Source: Candidatus Micrarchaeia archaeon (GTDB lineage: Archaea > Micrarchaeota > Micrarchaeia > Micrarchaeales > CABMGC01). Taken from it: DNA of 27,749 nucleotides. The stretch covers positions 1-27,749 of the forward strand of contig JBMFVN010000001.1 of the NCBI GenBank assembly GCA_049965975.1, given 5' to 3'. The notes under the pieces are model-generated. The model was not told the DNA's origin, did not search any database, and saw only the letters and a program-made list of their open reading frames with translations. The position numbers and the translations under genes were made by a program. Positions 8,687 through 17,523 of this stretch are shown one piece after another. Positions within the stretch are counted from its first letter, which is position 1. The number at the start of each line of letters is the position of its first letter.

Positions 8687-8700
8687 AAGATAAATATCTT
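8687..8700. promoter_or_regulatory. Perfect inverted repeat AAGATA-AA-TATCTT in the GGR/aglB divergent gap
   Basis: Seen directly; its centre (TAAATA) is also TATA-like. Confidence 0.35.
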
Positions 8701-8722
8701 ATTTGACAAGATCTCTGATTAC

Positions 8723-11700
8723 ATGTCCTTAGCTGCAACAATCTTGCTCGCTTTTATTAGCATAATAGTGCCTGGCTTCGTGCTTGCTTACGCTCTTCTT
8801 GGCAAGACAAAGCTGCACCTGTTTGAAATAGTCGTAATTGGCTTCATATTCGGCTTAATATTTCCTCCTACGCTGACTTGGTTCGAAGCCTATTTCATGG
8901 ATTACATACACGCATTCACTTTCTCTGCAGGGCTTTTTGAGGCAAACGTAGTGGTCTTGACTATAGTTGGCCTGTTAGCCTGCTGGTACGAAGGCTTATT
9001 GAATATAAAAATACCAAGGGCAAAAAGCATAGCTGCGATTTCGAAGGAGGAGCACCTTGAAACGATAAAAGAGGTAAGGGCAAGAATACAGGAGCTTGGG
9101 CTGGACATGAAGCTGATAAGGCAGCACGAACAGGAAGAAAACGAGCTCGCTGAAAGACATAGGCAGGAAATGGAAAGGCTTGCTACTGCAGGGCCTGAGG
9201 AAAGGGCAAAGATAAAAGAGCTGCACGAAAAAGAAGAGAGGGAGCTTCTTGAAGAGCACGAAAGGGAGGAGAGGCTGCTCTTGCAGGCGCCAAAAGAAGA
9301 AAAAAGCAAGGGCAAGAGCGAATGGATTATGTGGACCTTCGTGACGCTGCTCATGCTGCTTACCTTCTCGACGCGCATACTCAACATAGGCACTGCGCCA
9401 AGATACTTTGAATTTGATCCATATTTTGACATGCTGAGCACTGAATCTATACTAGTGCACGGCTATCAGTACCTTTACGACTATTCTGCGTGGCCCACGC
9501 TTGTGAACGGCTCGCCACATAGGATGGAGCCGCTAATTCCATATCTTGAAGCCTTTTGGTACGATATTGCAAATCCGCCAAAGAATGCAATAAGCACCGC
9601 ATTGCTTAGCGATGTAAGCAGCTTCTACCCACCAATAGCAGCAGCATTGCTTGTGTTCGCAGTGTTCATGTTCCTTTACCACGAATATGGAAAAATCCCC
9701 GCACTATTTGGCGCATCGCTTACTGCATCGATGGCCGTGTTAGTGACTACTTTCATAGCCGGAGAGCAGCTGCTTGAGCCGTGGGGCATTTTCTCAATGT
9801 TCTTCTTCTATGCTGCTTATCTGCTTGCAATAAACAACAAAGAAGAATGGCGCTATGCTGTTCTTGCAGGCATAGCATTTGTAGCTACATTCCTCGGTGC
9901 GCACTACTATACGGTAAATGCAGGAGTGCTTGCGCTTTACATACTCTTCCAAGGAGTGCTTGATGTATTGAGAAAGAAAAACATGCACAGCTTTTACAAG
10001 ATGAATGCAATTGTGATAGCTATAATCGCATTTGGCTATGGCATATTCGATCCATACAAGTCATCGCTATACCACAGGATACCAAGCGTCGCCGGAATAC
10101 CTGTAATAGTTTCTTTTCCATTGCTCGCGCTTTTGATAGTTGCACTTTTCGAATATGTGCCGAAAGAGCTTCACAAGAGGCACATGATAGCAGCGCTAGA
10201 CTCGGCGGTATATTACACTTGGCTTGCAATACTGATTATCTTAGCGTTGCTGCTTGTGTTTCTAACGCCTCTTGGTAGGCCTGTAAAGAGCTACATAAAA
10301 CTCAGCCTACACTTTACAACTCCTTCAATTCCTCTTTTCATGACTGTTCAGGAATTCGAGCCGACGGGCTTTGGCTTTAACTTTGCATCTGCGGGCTTTG
10401 GCTGGATAGGCTTAAACCCGATAGTGTGGATAGTGCTTATAGTTTTCGTTCTGCTCTCGCTATTTGCGATTTTCAAGAGGAATTCAGATTCGGGCATGCT
10501 TTCAATATGGATTGTGCTTCCTTTAGCTTTCGCCGCTATGGTGGAAGTCAAGTACTTGCCTCACTTTGGAGTTGCATACATACTTGCATTGAGCATAATA
10601 CTTGGTGAACTGCTACTCATGTTTAGAGGCAAGATAAATACTCAGCTGAAATACCTGGGCATTGCGATACTTACTTTAATAGTGCTTTCTGAGGCAGTGC
10701 CAACATTTGCAGGAGTGCTTTCTGGCTATGCAAACCAGAATAATTGCAGCGTAATTGCAAAGCAGGGCAATTCAATAGGCTATGACATGTTCTGCAATAC
10801 GGTGCCGAGCTATTGGCTTAACGCCACAGCATGGATGCGCAGCAACGTTGGGCCGTATGGTCCTAGGATTCTCTCCTGGTGGGATTACGGCGACTGGATA
10901 AACTGGTTCGGAAACAGCAACGCGGTGCTAAGAGGGGACAACGCTGTGCCAACACTCGACTATGAGACTGCAGCAAGATATGTGCTTGGGCCTCAGGATG
11001 GCTATGGACCGGCCAGCCTTGCCAGCTTTGCAAACTCTGTTCAGGCAAAGTATGTTTTATTTGATAATGCGCTTACCCAGAAGTGGGGCGCTCTTGACTT
11101 TCTTGCTTGTATAGACATAAACGAAACAAACATGACTTTTGCAAAGAATGCTGCAAACGGCACAGGACAGCCGTATGTGCTTGGCACGTCGCAGTGCGAG
11201 CTTAAGCATGACCCTGCAGTTTTGCTAATTCCGGAAAACCTTGGGAGCATTAGCAGTTATTGCGCGCCCATAAAGAGCCTTAAGAATGAGACCTTGCTAA
11301 AGGGCATAGTCATTGCAGGAGACATGCTAACAAACATAACATACTGTGTGCCTTTGAATTCTACAACTCCAGTAGAAAGGCTTTATTATCCAAATGGAAC
11401 ACAGAGCAATGCACTGTTTGTCTTCAATTCACAGTTCTACGAAGGCACGCTGAATGTTTCTGGAGTACCAATGAGCGCATTCATGCTTCTTTATCTGCCG
11501 AATAAGAATGGCACAATAACCGCACCAACAGAATTCTACCAGTCAAGCTACTATCGCGGCTTCTACCTAGGTAGCCTTCCTGGGTTTAAGCTAGTTTATC
11601 CAAGCAACTTTACTGGCATAAACTACGTAAATGGCACGCACCCGATAATGATCTACGCGCTTGACAACTTTACAGGGACATTGCCCAAGGTTACTCCTAA

Positions 11701-11740
11701 GCCTGCATGGGTCCACAACAATTACACTATGCCTGGCTGA
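8723..11740 (+). CDS. aglB: Oligosaccharyltransferase AglB (STT3 family) with N-terminal extension
   Basis: EFDPY, TVQE and WWDYG motifs; many TM helices; large C-terminal soluble domain. True start ATG 8723; the longer ORF start overlaps GGR. Confidence 0.93.
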   Translation: MSLAATILLAFISIIVPGFVLAYALLGKTKLHLFEIVVIGFIFGLIFPPTLTWFEAYFMDYIHAFTFSAGLFEANVVVLTIVGLLACWYEGLLNIKIPRAKSIAAISKEEHLETIKEVRARIQELGLDMKLIRQHEQEENELAERHRQEMERLATAGPEERAKIKELHEKEERELLEEHEREERLLLQAPKEEKSKGKSEWIMWTFVTLLMLLTFSTRILNIGTAPRYFEFDPYFDMLSTESILVHGYQYLYDYSAWPTLVNGSPHRMEPLIPYLEAFWYDIANPPKNAISTALLSDVSSFYPPIAAALLVFAVFMFLYHEYGKIPALFGASLTASMAVLVTTFIAGEQLLEPWGIFSMFFFYAAYLLAINNKEEWRYAVLAGIAFVATFLGAHYYTVNAGVLALYILFQGVLDVLRKKNMHSFYKMNAIVIAIIAFGYGIFDPYKSSLYHRIPSVAGIPVIVSFPLLALLIVALFEYVPKELHKRHMIAALDSAVYYTWLAILIILALLLVFLTPLGRPVKSYIKLSLHFTTPSIPLFMTVQEFEPTGFGFNFASAGFGWIGLNPIVWIVLIVFVLLSLFAIFKRNSDSGMLSIWIVLPLAFAAMVEVKYLPHFGVAYILALSIILGELLLMFRGKINTQLKYLGIAILTLIVLSEAVPTFAGVLSGYANQNNCSVIAKQGNSIGYDMFCNTVPSYWLNATAWMRSNVGPYGPRILSWWDYGDWINWFGNSNAVLRGDNAVPTLDYETAARYVLGPQDGYGPASLASFANSVQAKYVLFDNALTQKWGALDFLACIDINETNMTFAKNAANGTGQPYVLGTSQCELKHDPAVLLIPENLGSISSYCAPIKSLKNETLLKGIVIAGDMLTNITYCVPLNSTTPVERLYYPNGTQSNALFVFNSQFYEGTLNVSGVPMSAFMLLYLPNKNGTITAPTEFYQSSYYRGFYLGSLPGFKLVYPSNFTGINYVNGTHPIMIYALDNFTGTLPKVTPKPAWVHNNYTMPG

Positions 11741-11782
11741 CAAATAGAAAAGAATAAAAACAAGCCAAGCAATAGGTTGCAT

Positions 11783-12316
11783 ATGGCGTACTGCCTGAAA
11801 AGCAAGGTCAATGAAGCACTTGAAAGCGGCACTGTTGATAAGGCATTAGACATACTGAGAAATGCTGGTCTAACCGTGACAAGGCACACGAATCCGGACG
11901 GCTCTTTAGGCGGCTGGATTGCCGGAGAATCTATTTTGAGAAATGTAACCACAGACAGCGAATGCATCATAATACAAGCAAAGCTTGAAAATTGCGAATT
12001 GAAAAACGCGAAAGTATACAATGCGAGGATATACAATTCCAAGATATACGATTCTGAAATAACCGGAAGCAACAAAGTTAACATTTCCTACTCTAAAATT
12101 TCCAATTCGGTAATAAAAGGAGGAGACATAAACTCGTCTATTATTGAAAAAAGCACAATTACAGGACACTCAAAGATAATTGGCTGCAAAATTGCTGGAA
12201 AAATTTTGAAAAGTGTAATCGCAACACAAAATCAGCAGCTAGAAAACATTTTCCAAAACCCGGGCACTTCGAAACCGCGCGAATTGCTTATCAAAAATCA
12301 AAGACGCTGGTCTTGA
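11783..12316 (+). CDS. Hypothetical beta-helix (5-residue repeat) protein
   Basis: RHTNPDGSLGGWIAGE followed by NCELK-NAKVY-NARIY-NSKIY-DSEIT repeats. ATG 11783 (or TTG 11777). Confidence 0.7.
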   Translation: MAYCLKSKVNEALESGTVDKALDILRNAGLTVTRHTNPDGSLGGWIAGESILRNVTTDSECIIIQAKLENCELKNAKVYNARIYNSKIYDSEITGSNKVNISYSKISNSVIKGGDINSSIIEKSTITGHSKIIGCKIAGKILKSVIATQNQQLENIFQNPGTSKPRELLIKNQRRWS

Positions 12317-12358
12317 ATAAAGCCGCACTATTTTATAGATTGCAATAGAAGTAAAACC

Positions 12359-12676
12359 ATGAAATCGAAAAACCTTGTAAAAAGCATAGCAAAAGAGCGG
12401 ATATTGGCACTCCTCAATTTAGCAGAAAGAATGGCAATTGAAAACACTGAGCAAAGTAAATCGCTAGAAAAACGCTATGTTCTGCTTGCTAAAAAGATAA
12501 GTGCGCATTACAAGGTAAAAATACCAAAAGGACTAAAGCAAAGGATATGCAAAAAATGCAACAACTTCATAGTTCCTGGGATAAACGGGAAGGTCAGGCT
12601 TGCGAGCAGCGGCTATCTTGTTTATAAGTGCGAGTGCGGCTCTGAAAACCATTTTTTCATACAACGCAGTCAGTAA
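12359..12676 (+). CDS. rnp4: Ribonuclease P protein component 4 (Rpp21/Rpr2)
   Basis: IAKERI..L, RYV.LAKKI, ICKKC...PG, KCECG zinc ligands. Confidence 0.93.
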   Translation: MKSKNLVKSIAKERILALLNLAERMAIENTEQSKSLEKRYVLLAKKISAHYKVKIPKGLKQRICKKCNNFIVPGINGKVRLASSGYLVYKCECGSENHFFIQRSQ

Positions 12677-13191
12677 ACTCCTAAGGCGTCTGCGATGGCG
12701 CTTATAAGATCTGCTGTCTGCGAATAGTCGCTTGCTGTAATAATGCCCTTGTCGTTTACCAAATTAGAATCTGAAAGCACCCCTTTGTAAAGGCTTATTA
12801 GCCTCCTCGCGTCTTCATCTTCAATGCCTGCAATCTTTGTGTCTTTTATTATGTTCGCCTTTGCCAGTATCTTTATTGCGTTGCCTACTGCGGCTATGGG
12901 CTTTTTGTTCTCCTTGGCAATTTTCAGTCTATCAAGAAGCTGCCTGTTCTCATAAAGCCTGCTTGATTCGACACCGGGCCCATCGATAAGTAAGATGGCA
13001 TCTGAGTATACGGGCTCGAACTCGTCTGCCTTTCCATCCTGCTTTATGCTTGCGCCATGGTAGCCTTTGCATTCCTTGCTAGCAAGGCTAAGAATTTCAT
13101 GCTGTATTCCTTTCTTGTCCAGGAACAGCAATGCCTGCGAAAGGGTTTCGTCCCTGAAATCCTGGGGAGCAACGATTATAGAAACTTTCAT
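12670..13191 (-). CDS. DJ-1/PfpI family protein, catalytic Cys absent
   Basis: APQDFRDE, DAILLIDGPG, KPIAAVGNA, IITA: DJ-1/PfpI fold motifs. Confidence 0.85.
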   Translation of the reverse strand: MKVSIIVAPQDFRDETLSQALLFLDKKGIQHEILSLASKECKGYHGASIKQDGKADEFEPVYSDAILLIDGPGVESSRLYENRQLLDRLKIAKENKKPIAAVGNAIKILAKANIIKDTKIAGIEDEDARRLISLYKGVLSDSNLVNDKGIITASDYSQTADLISAIADALGVY

Positions 13192-13199
13192 GATGTCGC

Positions 13200-15194
13200 C
13201 TATTGCTTGTTTTCAGCATTAAAATTCATACGTCTTTCTTTGAACAGCCAGAAAGCAAATAAAATCAGCGCAAGAGGAATTACTATTATTACGAGCAAGC
13301 TCTGCGGGGATAAAAGTACTAAATGCACAGGCACGCCATTTTTTGCGACAAAAGATTCTGAAAACAGTGAGAAGGCGCTTCCTGAAGCATAGCCGTATGG
13401 TACATCAGCTAAATAGAGAACTCCGGAAGGCCCTGAAAAGAAGTTGGCCCTTGTGCCGTTTGCGAAGGAAAGGCTTATGCTAGCATTAACAGGCATGCCA
13501 AACAAATCTTTGGTATAGATTTCCAAAGGATAGACCGGCAAGCTGATTTCTACAAGCCTAGGGCCTGAAACTGCAAACGAGTAGGTGATATTGATCTGAG
13601 TGCCCTTGTAGAACGCCTTTGTAACAGAGTACGATCCTGCCTGCAGATATGGGGTATTGTTAACAGACTTGCCGCTTACTACGTAATTCTCTACACTTAT
13701 GTTTTTTCCGCTTGCATCTTTTGCCAACAAGCTAACGCGGTATTCCTTTGCAAAATAAGCCTGCAGCGAAATCGGCTTTTCCACCAGCATTTCAAATGAA
13801 CTTTTTGTGCTGCCGTTGCTCCACGCCACGAATGCAATGCGCTCACCGGCAGATACGCTAATATAAGGTTCTACAACGTTCACCGTGTCATTGCTGCCTT
13901 GGGCGAGCCAGCCGCTGCCAGTAACATTACCATACTGTGAAGTTATGTTGACAAAGAATTCCTTTTCATAAACGGCAGAGACATACAAAGGCTGAGTCGC
14001 TACAAAAATGCCGCTTGGCTTTGTGTTTCCATTGGTCCAGTGCTCAAACACAAACCTGGTGCTGTTGCCAGAATAAACCGCATTGTTCAATATTCCGTAT
14101 TTTACTATACTGCCATTTGAATACCAGCCTGTACCATATGTCTGAAAGCCAGCAGGAGTAGAAGTTACATTAACAAAGTATTGGATTGTATAAACTGCGG
14201 ATTCTGTTATGTTACTATACATGTTTACAACTGTGCTGTTCAGCGGACCTGTATAAGATCCGATTCCCTTACCTATCCAATAGGAGAATACGGCGCGCTC
14301 GCCGTTTGCAATATAAATCTTTTCTGGCACAGAAATTGGCACTTGAGCATATGCTGCATATTCGGCACTGCTGTTAAGGGATTTGAAAGGAGTGGATATG
14401 CGAAGCCAATAGCCCAGATGCCAAAGCTGCGTGCCGTTAGTGCTAGTAGGCAGGCCACTGCCTACTTCAAAGTAGTTCACCCTGCTGTCCACTTCCTCAA
14501 CGCCATAAGGATTAGCAACATTTGTCTTGCTGCCCGACCCATATGAGATTATGCCATAGCCGTTCTCTACTGGATAAAAGCCGTTGTACTTGTATGCTGA
14601 AAGATTTTCAAACAGCACAGGCCTCATATAGCTTGTAATCCCGCTGCTGTTGGCAAGCTCTGCGATTGCCACTGGCGGATTTGGACCTGATGAATCTGTG
14701 CCAAGATTTACAGAGCCAACCTGCTTGCCGTTAAACAAAAAGTACCATGTATCGCCTAAGGAATAGAAAGAGTAAGTGTTAAAAGTGCCATTACTGCCTG
14801 CTGAGTCATTCGGCCCGATGGCGCCCATAAACGTTGAATTTTCCCCAGGAAGGAAATATTCGTAAAACCATGTGGGCGAGCCAGCAGCAAGATAAACTCT
14901 GCCTGTGCAGCCGCTAGCAGTACAATTTGTAGGGTAATTGCCGCTCTCATTTTCAACGGTATAGCCAATTTGTATGAAGGCGCCATTTTGCAGGTTCTCG
15001 CCAACCCAAAATGCGAATGAGCCGCTTGTCGGCATTTGAGGCTCGATAGTTTCTATGCTTACAGATGCCCCGTTGTTTTGCGAAGCAGAATTGCCAGCCC
15101 TTACGCCAGATTGAAACCAATATTCTGCATTGCTTGAAGCAAAAATTATTGTCAAGGCAAGCGCGCAAAGCAAAGCTCTGCTATATCCGCTCAT
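13200..15194 (-). CDS. Secreted, C-terminally membrane-anchored glycoprotein: G1 glutamic-peptidase-like domain plus beta-sandwich repeats
   Basis: Signal peptide (~1-23), FWVG...IQIG...WFYEY...AIAE, repeated GxGWYxxG/VFxxW modules, C-terminal TM with basic tail, many N-x-S/T sequons. Confidence 0.7.
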   Translation of the reverse strand: MSGYSRALLCALALTIIFASSNAEYWFQSGVRAGNSASQNNGASVSIETIEPQMPTSGSFAFWVGENLQNGAFIQIGYTVENESGNYPTNCTASGCTGRVYLAAGSPTWFYEYFLPGENSTFMGAIGPNDSAGSNGTFNTYSFYSLGDTWYFLFNGKQVGSVNLGTDSSGPNPPVAIAELANSSGITSYMRPVLFENLSAYKYNGFYPVENGYGIISYGSGSKTNVANPYGVEEVDSRVNYFEVGSGLPTSTNGTQLWHLGYWLRISTPFKSLNSSAEYAAYAQVPISVPEKIYIANGERAVFSYWIGKGIGSYTGPLNSTVVNMYSNITESAVYTIQYFVNVTSTPAGFQTYGTGWYSNGSIVKYGILNNAVYSGNSTRFVFEHWTNGNTKPSGIFVATQPLYVSAVYEKEFFVNITSQYGNVTGSGWLAQGSNDTVNVVEPYISVSAGERIAFVAWSNGSTKSSFEMLVEKPISLQAYFAKEYRVSLLAKDASGKNISVENYVVSGKSVNNTPYLQAGSYSVTKAFYKGTQINITYSFAVSGPRLVEISLPVYPLEIYTKDLFGMPVNASISLSFANGTRANFFSGPSGVLYLADVPYGYASGSAFSLFSESFVAKNGVPVHLVLLSPQSLLVIIVIPLALILFAFWLFKERRMNFNAENKQ

Positions 15195-15987
15195 AATCGA
15201 TACCTAGCTCATTCAACTTTTTAATTATTTCCTGCCTTTCCATAGAGTTGAATGAATGCCAATTTAGCACTGCAAGCTCAGGCTCAGGCTTGCTCCTGCT
15301 TACTGCTTGCTCTAGCATGAAAACGTTGTTTGTATCATCGTCGTTGTAATATGCGTATTTCGGAAACATATGCGAAAAGGCATAGCCCTTCTCAAGGGCA
15401 AGCTTGGTAAACGGGGAAGGATAATGGTTGCTACCTATGCCAATAACCACTTTGCTGTATTCTGTATTTGCCTGAAGGCTTGCCACAATGGCTTCTCCAA
15501 GAATTGCTGCAAGGGCCTTGTTGCATATCGTATCGTTGTTTCCGCCGAGCTCGACAAACAAAGAAGGTGTTTTGAGCAAGGGCCCATGGTGAGTAGCTTC
15601 ATAAGTCAGCGAAATTCCAGGTGCAGAGGCAAGCCTTGCATTCAATTGTTGGAGAATGCCGAGCATGCGCAACGGCGCCGCGACAGAAAGCTCGTGCGGC
15701 TTGCCCTTAAGTTTGGCTTCAGAACCCCAGTTACCTGTCGGATGCGAAGTAAAGGCGCCAACCCCCGCAGAGCTGACATGCTCGCTCAGCAAATAAGCGG
15801 CTTCGAAACCTAATGAATCGATAAACTCTGCTTCGAGCAGGTTTACTTCGCTTTTTATTATCTCTACGGCTTCAAGCTTCTCAGATACAAAGCCAGTTCC
15901 AGAGGAAGTAAATCCATAAGTTGAGGCGATATACTCTGCAATATTCTTTGAAGCGGGATCGCTTTCATTGTAAATTATGCCAATCAT
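15181..15987 (-). CDS. dtdA: D-aminoacyl-tRNA deacylase (archaeal DTD2/GEK1 type)
   Basis: LSEHVS, HPTGN, EATHHGP, LFVELG, GIGSNHY motifs. Start set at ATG 15987. Confidence 0.92.
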   Translation of the reverse strand: MIGIIYNESDPASKNIAEYIASTYGFTSSGTGFVSEKLEAVEIIKSEVNLLEAEFIDSLGFEAAYLLSEHVSSAGVGAFTSHPTGNWGSEAKLKGKPHELSVAAPLRMLGILQQLNARLASAPGISLTYEATHHGPLLKTPSLFVELGGNNDTICNKALAAILGEAIVASLQANTEYSKVVIGIGSNHYPSPFTKLALEKGYAFSHMFPKYAYYNDDDTNNVFMLEQAVSRSKPEPELAVLNWHSFNSMERQEIIKKLNELGIDYERI

Positions 15988-16060
15988 GAAAAACAATTTG
16001 AAAAAGAAACTAATTAAAGGTATTAGTCAAATTGAAACAAAAAAGTTATTCAATGGCTTC

Positions 16061-17506
16061 TCATTTGCAGGCATAATTCTTTGGAAAATCTACCGAAAAG
16101 CCGGCAAAGTTTAGCCGAACTGAAACATTAGAAAAATTAATTGAAGACTTGTTAACTCCTAAGCTGTTGAACGCTATTATTGGATAGCGCTGTATTGTTG
16201 AGTTGTAGTAAAAAGGCGAATGCGCCCTTATGCCGATATAACGCAAGTATACCCAATCGTTTGATACGAAATTGCAGTTTTCCAAGCCGAGCGTAGCAAG
16301 CGCCGACTTTACGCTTGCATATATCGGATCCCTGTAGCCATATGATGAAAATACTGCAACATTAGACAGGTAAGCAGAGAAAATGGAACCTAAAGAAAAT
16401 ATAAAAAGAACAGCAAGAACAAGTGGAAGCAGTCTTGCCCTAAACCTTGCTACTTTGACCGAAATTCCTTGGGAAAACTCGCTTATAAGCAGGCCAAGCA
16501 GCAAGGCAAAGCCAGGATATATCAAATAAACCAACCGAGGAAGGTTGTCTACCGAACCGTTAGGCAAGGTTAAAAGCCAGCCAAAAAGACCCAGTGCAAG
16601 GAAAGCAGAAGTCTTCTTAAATATACTATTCCCAAAAGTTTGCTCGCTTTTTTTGCTTGTTGTTTGAATTGACAAGCTCTTGCGTGCAAGTCTCAATATT
16701 AACAGGCAAGCCAAAACTGCAATAGCTAAACCAAAAGTTTCGAACAAAAGCCTTAGAGATACCACAGCCCCTGCAAGAGCGCTGCCGGAATGCGAAAAAA
16801 TACCCAAAGAATATAGGTAGCTAAATGCAGGATTGCCAAAAGCAAAGAAGTTGAACACAAGCCATGGAAAAAGCGTGATTAAAAACACAGCAAAAGCCTT
16901 CTTTCTGCCATGTGGAAGCAGCAATAGAAGAGGCACAAAAACAAGCGAAGGATATTTTGCAAGGCTGGAAAGCGCAAACAGAAATCCAGACTGCCATTTA
17001 TTATCAAGCAGCAAGCCAAAACCGAATAGCGCAAGCGTCATGGAAACCAGCTCAGTGCCGTTCAGAAGAACGAAATACAGAAAAGCGAAGGGTGTGAAGA
17101 AAAGGAGCGAAAGCAGAAAGAAATTGAGCTTTATTTTCTTTGACACAAACCAGACTGAAAAGAAATTCAGCAGCAGGATAAAAGCCAAATAGAGCTGAAT
17201 GAAATTATTATTCGAAAGCACAAAAGGAATAAGGAGCAGGCCTACTAATGGGGCTCTTTCTGGTTCGAAATAAAACGCGTTTGCATTATTAATAGCAGCA
17301 AACAAATCTCCATGCAAAAGAGAAGAATAGAAAAGAGGGCTCAGCAAGGACTTCGCATAGAACACATGAGCGATAAAATCCCAGTATATGCCGCTTGCGT
17401 TGAACACGGCAAAAACTGCCAGAGAAGCAAATACAAATAGCAAAGCAGACAGCAAAATAGTCAACCAAGCAACTTGTCCAAGCTTATGTCCGAGCATACT
17501 GGTCAT
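16061..17506 (-). CDS. Polytopic membrane GT-C-type glycosyltransferase (PMT/ArnT-like)
   Basis: About 11-13 TM segments; luminal loop YWDFIAH; EPERAPL; LAKYP; LPRLVY; C-terminal soluble tail. Confidence 0.7.
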   Translation of the reverse strand: MTSMLGHKLGQVAWLTILLSALLFVFASLAVFAVFNASGIYWDFIAHVFYAKSLLSPLFYSSLLHGDLFAAINNANAFYFEPERAPLVGLLLIPFVLSNNNFIQLYLAFILLLNFFSVWFVSKKIKLNFFLLSLLFFTPFAFLYFVLLNGTELVSMTLALFGFGLLLDNKWQSGFLFALSSLAKYPSLVFVPLLLLLPHGRKKAFAVFLITLFPWLVFNFFAFGNPAFSYLYSLGIFSHSGSALAGAVVSLRLLFETFGLAIAVLACLLILRLARKSLSIQTTSKKSEQTFGNSIFKKTSAFLALGLFGWLLTLPNGSVDNLPRLVYLIYPGFALLLGLLISEFSQGISVKVARFRARLLPLVLAVLFIFSLGSIFSAYLSNVAVFSSYGYRDPIYASVKSALATLGLENCNFVSNDWVYLRYIGIRAHSPFYYNSTIQRYPIIAFNSLGVNKSSINFSNVSVRLNFAGFSVDFPKNYACK

Positions 17507-17523
17507 ATGAATGACCTAAAAAC

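Noticed and set aside
8438-8722. 95-aa N-terminal extension of the AglB ORF in the track
   Set aside because: Overlaps GGR on the opposite strand and reads as non-protein-like. ATG 8723 follows a divergent promoter gap.
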